A stretch of DNA of 64,000 bases from Octopus sinensis (Eukaryota). Made by a program: the position numbers and the translations under genes. Where the stretch lies: positions 40,672,001-40,736,000 of the forward strand of contig NC_043008.1 in the NCBI RefSeq assembly GCF_006345805.1, in the 5' to 3' direction. Shown here one piece after another: positions 54,224-64,000 of the stretch. Each line of letters starts with the position of its first letter. Within the stretch, counting starts at the first letter, position 1. A model generated the notes under the pieces. It saw only the letters and a list, made by a program, of their open reading frames with translations. It had not been told where the DNA came from and searched no databases.

Positions 54224-57200
54224 CAGCATAAACCTAGCCGTCACAGAACTGATAGCCACTGAATAAAAAAAAAGTGATATCACTGAGCTAAATAACCTAA
54301 TATACGCAGCAGCCACTGCAGCCACAAAAGAAGCTGGATACTCACCCAAACCCGCCCAAATAGGAGTACCTCCACCCAAACAAACCCTGTGGATAAATAA
54401 CATCCAAAGCAAAATAAAAAAAAAATAGAAAAGACCTGTCGATTCTTAATGAAATCAGCAAAGAATCAACGCTACTGAGCAACAAAAAGAGAACAAAACT
54501 ACTCCGCAAAAATAACATCACAGAAAAAGATCTGCCTGAAATAAAAGAAAAGCTGAAGCAAGATATCCTTGCCAAAGCACAAAGGATCCGCCGGTACAAG
54601 AAACGCCAACGCTTCTTTGAAGAAAACAAAAAGTTCAACTCTAACCCCAAAAAGTTCTACCAAGAACTGGGCAAGAATAAAATAGAAGTCACTGCAGCAC
54701 CAACGGCAGAAGAATTGGAAGAATTCTGGGGAGAAATATGGTCGGCGAACGAACCACCAAAAAAAAGGAGTATCAAAATAACAAACTCGGCATCTGAACA
54801 AATTTGGACCCCCATAACAACTGAAGAGGTCACCCAGGCACTGCAAAGACTAAACAACTGGAAGGCACCTGGGCATGACAAGATCCCCAACTTCCGGTTG
54901 AAATATCTAACAGGAATGCACAAAAAGCTGGCTGAAAACTTTAACAACGTACTTGCAGAGCCAGAGACAATGCCTGAATGGCTCACGAAGGGGAAAACCA
55001 TCTTAATTCCCAAATCAAATGAAACAGAAAAACCAGAAAACTACAGACCAATAACCTGCCTCCCTACTATGTTCAAGGCATTTACTGCAGTGATATCACA
55101 AAGGCTGAACAAGCACCTGGACGAAAACAAACTGTTCCCAGAGAGCAGAAAGGATGCCGCAAAGGCTCATATGGCTGTAAAGATCAACTAATGATTAATA
55201 AAGCCATAACTGAAGACAGCCACAGAAAGAAGAAAGGCCTCAGTATGGCCTGGATTGACTACAAAAAGGCGTTGATAGCATCCCCCACACATGGATCCTC
55301 GAAACACTAGCCATTAACAAAGTAGCACCAACAATCATAAAATTCATAGAGCACTCTATGAATAAATGGCAAACAGTCCTACACCTCCAAACAAAAGAGA
55401 GACTCATGAAAACCAAAGACATCCCCATTAGAAGAGGAATATTCCAGGGAGATACGCTCTCTCCACTCCTTTTCTGCTTGGCACTGTCACCTCTATCTGA
55501 TATGCTAAATAGAACTGGATGCGGATATAAATGTTACGGCAAAACGATCAGCCACCTTTTATATATGGATGACCTAAAACTATACGCTGCAAATGACAAA
55601 CAGCTGGAAACACTATTAAAGACAGTTCATGGATTTACCAAAGAAATAGATATGAAATTTGGATTAGAAAAATGCGCCAAAGTAACCATGAAAAGAGGAA
55701 AACTAGTTAAGAGTAAGAACATCACACTAGATGAAGCAAATGAAATAAAAGAATTAGACCAAAGCCAAACTTACAAATACTTAGGAATCCATGAACTAGA
55801 TAAGACACAACACACACAAATGAAAGAGAAAATAAAAAAAGAATATTATAGACGAGTTAGATCAATACTAAACACAGAGCTCAATGCTAAAAACAAGATA
55901 ATAGGTATCAACACTTTAGCTGTCCCAGTTATGAGTTACAGCTACAATATCCTTAACTGGACACGAAACGAACTGACCAAAATAGATAGGAAAACAAGAA
56001 AAATACTGACAGGATCTAGGATGCATCACCCAAAATCTGACATAGAAAGACTATATATACAACGTATAGAAGGTGGTAGAGGCCTTATACAGCTGGAAAA
56101 CTACTATAAAATAACCACCATAGGACTGCAAAAATATCTACTTCAGAAGGAAGGAAAACTGATCCAGATAGCGGCAAAACACGAGCAAAACAAAAAACTG
56201 TTCTCAGTATTTAAGGAAGCTGACAAATACAAACAAGAAATCATACCACCTAATAAACATGAAGAAGAAGAAGAAGACGAAGAAACAACAAAAGCTATAA
56301 AAAAAGTGAAATCCAAACTAAAAATAGAACAGCAACGAACCATGATAAAACGATGGCAAGAAAAGCCCCTTCATGGTAAATATTGGACTAAACTAAACGC
56401 AAAAGAAATAGACAAAGAAAAATCCCAGCAATGGTTGAGAAGCTCAGGACTCAAAGCAGAAACAGAGGGATTTTTAATTGCAGCACAAGACCAAAGCCTC
56501 CCCACCAGAAATTACCAAAAACATGTAATGAAAAGAAATATTACAAGTAACTGCAGAATATGTGGAGATGGACAAGAAACAATAAATCATATTATCTCTA
56601 GCTGCCCAGTCCTGGCTAAGAAGGAATATATTCACAGACATGACAGAGTTAGAACTTACATACATTGGAAGCTATGCCAACATTATGGAATAACAACAGA
56701 AAAAAGATGGTATAGTCACACACCGGAAAAGGTCACAGAAAACGAGAAAGCAACCATACTCTGGGATATGCCGATACACACAGATAGAGAAATTAAGGCC
56801 AACAGACCAGATATAGTTGTCAGAGACCATGAAGAAAAAAAAAATGCTTTCTAATTGATGTATCAGTACCGGCAGATGACAACGTTGCATCTAAAAGAAA
56901 TGGAGAAACTCTCAAAATACAAAGACCTGGAAATAGAGGTAACTAGAATGTGGAATCTGAAAACAGAAACAATTCCTATCATAGTAGGTGCATTAGGCAT
57001 GATAAAAAAATATTCAGACAAATACATAACAAAAACACCAGGACCTACAAATACATATAACATACAGAAAATTGCACTACTAGGCACTGCACACATCCTA
57101 CGCAGAACACTTTCCATACAATGACCATCAGAGCATCACAACAAATCACAGCACATACCCAAGGCACACAGAGCTGCGCTCGGTAGTGAAGTGAAAGCAC

Positions 57201-57228
57201 GCTATAAAAATAAAAATAAAACTACTGA
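54223..57228 (+). mobile_element. R4/Dong-clade non-LTR retrotransposon, 5'-truncated (RT, CCHC finger, restriction-like endonuclease, 3' UTR), with several frameshifts
   Basis: TELNNLIYAAA; KLKQDILAKAQRIRRY; NWKAPGHD; YRPITCLPTMFK; GIFQGDTLSPLLF; HLLYMDDLKLYA; YKYLGI; GGRGL; CRICGDGQETINHIISSC; RHD; RPDIVV; IDVSVP; EKLSKYKDL. Stop at 57122-57124, then about 100 nt of 3' UTR and (AAT)n. Confidence 0.95.
55358..56854 (+). CDS. Longest open segment of the R4/Dong ORF (RT palm/thumb, zinc finger, start of RLE)
   Basis: 498-aa track ORF with YMDD, CCHC and RHD/PD motifs. Confidence 0.85.
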   Translation: MNKWQTVLHLQTKERLMKTKDIPIRRGIFQGDTLSPLLFCLALSPLSDMLNRTGCGYKCYGKTISHLLYMDDLKLYAANDKQLETLLKTVHGFTKEIDMKFGLEKCAKVTMKRGKLVKSKNITLDEANEIKELDQSQTYKYLGIHELDKTQHTQMKEKIKKEYYRRVRSILNTELNAKNKIIGINTLAVPVMSYSYNILNWTRNELTKIDRKTRKILTGSRMHHPKSDIERLYIQRIEGGRGLIQLENYYKITTIGLQKYLLQKEGKLIQIAAKHEQNKKLFSVFKEADKYKQEIIPPNKHEEEEEDEETTKAIKKVKSKLKIEQQRTMIKRWQEKPLHGKYWTKLNAKEIDKEKSQQWLRSSGLKAETEGFLIAAQDQSLPTRNYQKHVMKRNITSNCRICGDGQETINHIISSCPVLAKKEYIHRHDRVRTYIHWKLCQHYGITTEKRWYSHTPEKVTENEKATILWDMPIHTDREIKANRPDIVVRDHEEKKNAF

Positions 57229-57370
57229 ATAATAATAATAATAATAATAACAATAATAAAAATAAAAATAATAATAATACCTACTGATGCTGCTACTACT
57301 ACCACTACTACAGCTGCTGCTACAACTACTGTTGCAGCGGCTGCTGCTTCCTGTACTCCTACTTCCACTC
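57229..57370. repeat. (AAT)n then degenerate (CTA/CTG)n, 3' flank of the R4/Dong element
   Basis: Direct reading. Confidence 0.9.
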
Positions 57371-57914
57371 CTATGACTTCTGTCAATGACTCGCCACAAA
57401 CGCCCCTTTCTTCCTTGAGTGACCAAACTCATCACTCCTTCTTTCTCCCTAACCCATCACTAGTGCCTAAATGTCAACATCACCGCATTGAACCATCTCT
57501 ATTACTACCACCGCTGCCAGTAAACAACCTCAACCGCACATTTCTCTATTTCCAACCAATACTGCCCTAAATGTCATCAAAGTCAAACAAATCAAAACCT
57601 AAAACTTCACTTCTACTCAAAATACACTCATGTCAATAACGAAATCCAAAAATGTGCTGCTATTCTTTCTGCGTCTTGCTACACACATATCATCCCTGCA
57701 ATTTTAATTCTATTCATTTGCCATGAACAAAGCAGTCGATTACTGAAAGCAATACCAAATATAACACTCATGCTACAAGGGTACGAAAACCAAGAGCACT
57801 TAAAACAAAAATAATAAAATGATATCGAAAAATCAACCGGATTAAACGCACGGACTTGACAGATATAGCTTTACGGGAATCAAAGAACTATTATCTCCAA
57901 AACCTTCATCGATA

Positions 57915-58320
57915 ATGAAAGAAAAGTAACACAACAGTGAATCATTGAGAAAGTGAAAGTAAATTCCAAAATGTTCTTCTTGTTCACCAAAAGGAATAAC
58001 ATTGCTGTTTCGTCTGTTGGACATCTGATAGACGAAGATGACACTCTGCATAGTGGAGCAGAAGACATGTTTGCGATTCTGCGCAAGAAAATATGCTGCG
58101 CTTTCGCTCGTCCTCACCTTCAATACTGTTGTTTGTTGTTGTCCCTCTATATGAAATAAAATCTTATAAAGATTAAAGCACCCCAGAGATCAATGACAAA
58201 AAATATAATAACATAAAATGTCTTGATCATTGAGATCGTCTCGAGATAAAAACTGTATTCCCTCTTACGATACTGTGCGGAATATTTCCTTTGTATGATG
58301 TGGAAAGTGTTCCGATAGTA
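57915..58320 (+). pseudogene. CR1/L2-group LINE ORF2 remnant, internally deleted
   Basis: EKVKVNSKMFFLFTKR...VGHLIDEDDTL (pre-RT KeNpKmF..y.kr...iGpL.dedG pattern) fused to ARPHLQYCC...KLYSL (RT thumb RPhLEYc...lkLySL). Confidence 0.65.
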
Positions 58321-58693
58321 CTACACAAATGATGTTGACATCAATATTTAATCTGCGTCAACAGTCCTGGCCTCACATCTCAATACTTAGACGAAAGTGT
58401 TTCACCTCGAATAGATCTGCCATGCGAATACACCAAGAGAAGAAAAAAAGATTTCATGATATTCAAACGGGTCCTGGGCGAATACCAGCAACAGATACCA
58501 AATAATAGTACCTACGAGCGAATATATATCTGCAAGCAATTACTCTTTAATCGAGAGAGCTACGGTGTCCAAATATAAAGAAAATATAAATGCCTTTAGC
58601 AGATGGTGCTAGCATGTTAGGTATTGCCTGAGCCAATTATGTACACATATATGCACACACAGACACACATACATGTATACATACACATGTATG

Positions 58694-58840
58694 AGGAAGC
58701 GTGGGTGTGTGGTGTGGAGCTGACATCCAAGCCACATGGTTCCGAGTTCAGTCCCACCGCTTGGCACACTAGGTAAGTGATTTGCACTATAAACTCGTGC
58801 AGTTCAAAGCCTTGTGAGTGGATTTTGTAGACGGTAACTG
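58694..58840 (+). mobile_element. SINE family A, degenerate head and body
   Basis: gcgtgggtgtgtgg...ccacatggttccgagttcagtcccacc...aaagccttgtgagtggattttgtagacgg. Confidence 0.8.
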
Positions 58841-59562
58841 GATATATATAATGCGAACTGCTCCAAAGATGGATATTTTCCTGTGAGAATCACTGTACAG
58901 TATGAAGAATATAGTTCGATTTTATATAGCATATTATTGTGGATACTTGTTCTTATACAAACGATACGTGTACACAATCTGACAATCTGATATGCGCGGT
59001 TGTTTAAAACAAATTTCTATTTAAACCATGTTTGTATGTCAGCGTTACGAAAACGGCTGAACGTTAGCATAAATAAGTTCGCTTACATATCTTAGAAATC
59101 TAATGGAATGGTATCAATATGATGTATCTATTTCTCGACAATTGATATATCAGGAAAATGATATATTTGTTACTGAGGTCACTAAGTGATAAGGCGCATA
59201 TACATTCCATATACTATCTTTTACGATATATAGCAAAATATCAGTGGTGTTAAATGCAGATAAAAATAAAACACTTAGTCAAAATTATCATATCTGTTGT
59301 CTGTGTGATCCTGAGGAAATATGCTGGGCTACTGTGATTTCAGTTCCAGGCTACAAAATTTTGCATCTGAATCTATCAAAAGAGATTATAGGAAATCTAT
59401 CAGAATATTACAGTCACAATGAAACTTGCATAAGGCAACTGTTGATATATACGTTTGTGTGCGTCTGTATGTGCCTCTGGGTATGTATCACTCATATTTT
59501 TCTCAATCTTTTACTCAGAAATGTGTATGTGTATGAATGTATATGTATGTATCTACTCCATT

Positions 59563-59614
<52 letters not shown>

Positions 59615-59664
59615 TACACATGCATAAAAAAGAATCATCGCAAAATACACAAAAGAAAACATAC

Positions 59665-60139
59665 TTTTCTACTCTAGGCAAAACGCCCGAAATTTTGGGA
59701 TAGGTGGCTCAATCGATCAGATTGACTCCAGCACATTACTGGTAGTCCATTTATAGACCACGAAAGGATGAAAGGCAAAGTCGACCGTGGCCGAATTTGA
59801 ACGTAGAACGTAAAGAGAGAAGAAATACCTAGTTACTACCCACACGGGGCTAAACACAGAGGGGCCAAACAAGGACAGACAAACGGATTAAGTCGATTAT
59901 ATCGACTGATACTTATTTAATCGACCCCCGAAAGGATGAAAGGCAAAGTCAACTTCGGCGGAATTTGAACTCAGAACTAAGCATTTCGCCCTGCGTGTTA
60001 ATGATTGTACCGGCACGCCGCCTTTCGTAAAGTGAGACGAAATACCTATTTCTTTATTACCCACAAGGGGTTAAACATAGCGGGAACAAACAAGGACAGA
60101 GTAAGGGATTAAGTCGATTACATCGACCCCACTGCATGA
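59665..60139 (-). mobile_element. Cluster of nested SINE family B copies (one B2 host, two B1 inserts)
   Basis: B2 tail/core at 59665-59829, B1 at 59830-60022 and a B1 tail at 60047-60139; both B1 tails abut the same ...gaaatacc motif. Confidence 0.85.
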
Positions 60140-60697
60140 CACCGAAGCACACATACACTCTGCATACAGAGAAAACCATACATATAAGAAACATATACAC
60201 ATTTGCACGCATACTTAAACACATACCTTTCCACTTATACACACAAACACACACACATACACGCACAACACATCGCAGAAACATACACATAAAACACATA
60301 CACACATATAAAAGAAAAATCTCAAAACGTACATACAAATACACACACACACATACACTCACGCAAATACATAAGGAAACATCTCAAAAAGATAAAACTC
60401 TGTACACACATACAAACACATACACACAAAATAAAATGTCGGAAAACACAGACACACTTATAAACTCATCCACACATAAACTAACACGAACGCACACACA
60501 CGCATACACGGAAATGGTGACTACCAATACCCAAAGGAAAAATCCTTAAAAAAAATATATTCAACAAGCCGTCCAAGAGACACGCCAATCATCACAGCTG
60601 GTCATATCCCAAACATATTGGAAGGAAATTCAACCCAATAAACACACACACTCACTCGCACACAGGGTGGCTTATAAATATATTGACATATATGTAG

Positions 60698-60900
60698 TAT
60701 TTTGCTCTTTTACTGGTTTCACTCATTTAACTGTGGTCAGGCTGGAGCTCCGCCTTAAGGGTTTTAGTCTACGAAATCGTCTTCAGGACTTGTTTTTGAA
60801 AGCCTAGTATTTTGCTATTGATCTGTTTTGTCGAACAGGTAAGTTACGTGGACATAAACACACTAGCAACGGTTATCAGGCGATGGCAGTGGTACAACAA
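60698..60900 (-). mobile_element. Degenerate SINE family A, 3' part
   Basis: tttactggtttcactcatttaactgtggtcaggctggagc...aagcctagta...taagttacgtggacataaacacac. Confidence 0.7.
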
Positions 60901-61013
60901 GAAACGAACACGCACACATATATACATATATACATATATACATACATACATACATACATACATACATAGCCTCTCAAACAAAGCCAGAGATGTATATACA
61001 GCTATACAAAGTG

Positions 61014-61069
<56 letters not shown>

Positions 61070-61147
61070 CTGTACATATCGATGTGCGCGTGCCTGAGAG
61101 GCTTCGTATATAGGTATGTGTGTAGAGACAGTGTGGGAGTGAATGTA

Positions 61148-61209
<62 letters not shown>

Positions 61210-61879
61210 ATATATATCCGCTTCCATGTTTATGAGCCTATCCTGTATGCTCCCTGGTGTGTATGTCCGTATGTATATGCATATATAGAGAAATAAATTT
61301 CTAAACACTCATAGGCAATACACGCCAATTATTCAAATGATCCAACTTCCATATTAAAAAACCATATGGGTTAAAATACCGTAAGTAATATAGAGTGATA
61401 TACGAGACACTTCTAAAGATGCCTTCAGAGAAGAGACGCCTTTGAGATGTGGTAAAATATATATCAAATACTTTGGAGACCTGAAGCAGAAAGTGGAAAA
61501 CGAATTGCTGTAAATTTATCACAAGATTCTCAACTCAAAACAAAATGACGGATTTATAGGCAGATATAAAGTCCGTCTTGTGTGAAAAAGAAATAGATTT
61601 CACCTCGCAAAATAACCTTTGCTACGCTGCAGCTTCAATAATCAATGCCTTGTGTGGTATTGAAATAAAGGGAAAAACTCAACTTACAAGCGGTAAAAGA
61701 TCATGTCAAACGAAAATTAGAAATAAAATTTGTGCCCTCAGATATTATATTGTAATACACAAGAATATCAAGAGTGAAAACATGCGTTAAGATACAAAAA
61801 GCTCAGACGCTGAAAAACAAAATAATTCATAAGAATAAATAAACCAAATCAATGAAAGAATTGCAAAATCATGTAAATT

Positions 61880-62200
61880 ATCCAATGCAAGGAAGCACCG
61901 ATATGGAAGATGGAAGCTCAAAGGAAGTGGGCATTTTCCAAGGATAGCAAAACGTTCTTGAACAAGCCTGAAATATTTTATGGGAAATATTGCAAAGTTG
62001 AATATATCTATTCAGACCACACCTAACAAGGTTGAATAGCACAAGGTTGGACATTGATCCGCTCGCACCGTAAAGAACAGCACCTGGATTCATCAACGGA
62101 TCGGTGTCTCTGAACGTATTAACGAGGACATATCGAATGAAATATTTCCTGAAATCTTGGCTGAATGATCTCCCTCCATCTCGTGGATGACTAACTCAAT
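61880..62200 (+). pseudogene. Possible very old CR1-like LINE 3' remnant
   Basis: Weak fragments MEAQRK...LWEILQ(K)LNISIQ resemble lEavQRr...wErLqkLnlysl. Confidence 0.3.
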
Positions 62201-64000
62201 CCTTCAACGACATTACGCGTAATAAGGGCAAAATAGTGACAGTTACTTTGCAAGCCCACGTCATCCCACATTTACCTCCACCGCTCGCTCCGATCATCGA
62301 TACCATATAATTCGGTCGAATCCGAAATCCCAATTTCTGAGGATAAAACAGATTTGTACTTACGTAAGGGATTATTGGAAACAGGCAAATGTTTTTGTAC
62401 ACCATTATGTCAAACTCGGTTACAGTGAATCACGATTAAAGGAAATAGCAAATGACATAGCTAAGGTTAGTAAAGAAAGCCAAACTTACATGCAAAATGT
62501 TTAACAAAGTACAATATTTTACAGAATGCCTTTAGTGATAATCTGGCACCGAAATTTCGCTTGAATTTCAAATGTGTTGCATGAAAGTTACCAGCATATT
62601 GCGGGAAAATATCATGGTTTCAGACAAATATTTTCTCAGCCTCCTATTGTAGTCTTTAGATGGAATAGAAATATAAAACTATTTCTGACTCCAAGAAAAC
62701 TAACATTGGAGTTTCTGCACGCTGTAACATGAAAACCAGCCACTAGAGACGTAAAGTCTGTTCATTGTGCAACATGAGTCCAGTCCTTTCCACAATTGAC
62801 ACAAAATGAAAAATATTCCGAATATAGGAACGTGATCTTTTTGCGACAGGAAGTAGAAAGCCCTCCAGCCACACCGAAATTTTGGCTGTACAATATTTAT
62901 ATCCACTGGAATTTGGGTGCTGGAACAGATGAAACTGAGAGACTATAAGACATTTGATTTAGTAAACATTCTCACACTCAAAAGTGCGCTAATAAACCCG
63001 CCGTCATAGTACAATAAGCAGAACCACTATGAACATCTGATGCCTTGTGAAGTTACTTGCATTAGCCTGGGATATAAGAGTAGCGAACGTCTGTGATTTC
63101 CACATGGATCCTACTTTGTATGTTTAATAAGACTTTACAGAATTTCGCCCATGACACAGTTTACTTTCATTTGCTCCCACTGAAATTAAACTTTAAGAGT
63201 AGTTTGAGAGAAAAAACATTTCCTATTTCATTATCCTCTTTATATTTTCGTTTTTTTTATTTTCTGGTTCTGGAAGGGAATTTTATTCATTTTCATAATG
63301 TGAGGACAATAGAAACTTAGTGAAAATTTCATGTTATTTCATTTGCGTTTTTGCTTTTCCTCTGGTTCAATCCTTCCTTTCGACTTCTATTGTCACCGGA
63401 TATATTTGTGCCTCTGTTTGTTCTCGTATTCTTTTAACACCTCCGCTTTGTTTTTTCTCTTTGTTTCAATATTATTTTCACTGTCAACCTTACTTTCGAT
63501 TATTTTACACTTGTACAAGAATTTAATTTTATACTTATGTATTTATGATATGTATTTTTTCTCTGTCTGAAATTCTTAATTTCCTATGTATTCCTAAATA
63601 ATCTTCGCTTCAATCTGTATTACTTTGACTATTTTGATACAACCATATCTCTCCTTCCCTTTTCCTTCTTTCTCCCTTCTGATTTAAATTCCACATATTC
63701 TAGATTCATTTGTTCAATCTTTATTCTTATTTCTTATTGTGTATTAATTTCCCATTATTCTTTTAGTTGGATTTTTTTTCAATGATCCTGTTTACGATTA
63801 GTTTCTTTCTGGTTTCCTTTCAACATTTCACATATTTCTTTGTATATGACTAGCACTTTTCACATAGTTCAGTCGTCATACCACACAAACAATTTTCTTC
63901 TCTCTTCTTCCAAATTCTCTCCCCCACTCTCATTCTTAGCAACTCTCTCCTCTTTTTACCTTATCCTCATCTCTTTTTGTTTCATATTCATTTCTTCTTT

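Noticed and set aside
54342-57117. Minus-strand ORFs overlapping the Dong element
   Set aside because: Antisense shadows of the retrotransposon ORF
62233-62480. Splice-like signals around the palindromic cttacgtaag (donor on either strand; tactaac-ttag acceptor on minus)
   Set aside because: The minus-strand 97-nt candidate has stops in all frames; the plus-strand candidate lacks a polypyrimidine acceptor

Overview
AT-rich, microsatellite-dense animal genomic DNA, most likely intronic or intergenic. The SINE families and repeat landscape look cephalopod (Octopus-like); this is inferred from recalled repeat families, not from a search. No host protein-coding gene could be supported, and most ORFs in the track are translations of simple repeats. 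The best-supported feature is a 5'-truncated but young R4/Dong-clade non-LTR retrotransposon (54.2-57.2 kb; RT, CCHC finger, restriction-like endonuclease) inserted in a (TAA)n microsatellite. The window also holds fragments of mariner, Tc1, RTE, HERO-like, CR1-like, Penelope-like and Helitron-like elements, and about 20 tRNA-derived SINE copies of at least 3 families (my labels A, B, C). There is a 100-N gap. Most notable observations: a minimal hammerhead-ribozyme-like motif in a TA-flanked repeat (45.27 kb); SINE-B copies repeatedly nested in the head of other SINE-B copies; three long fold-back structures (15.9, 23.2-23.5, 27.6-28.0 kb); a pre-miRNA-like hairpin (28.2 kb); and a stem-loop module shared between SINE families. 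Repeat boundaries were read by eye and are approximate.
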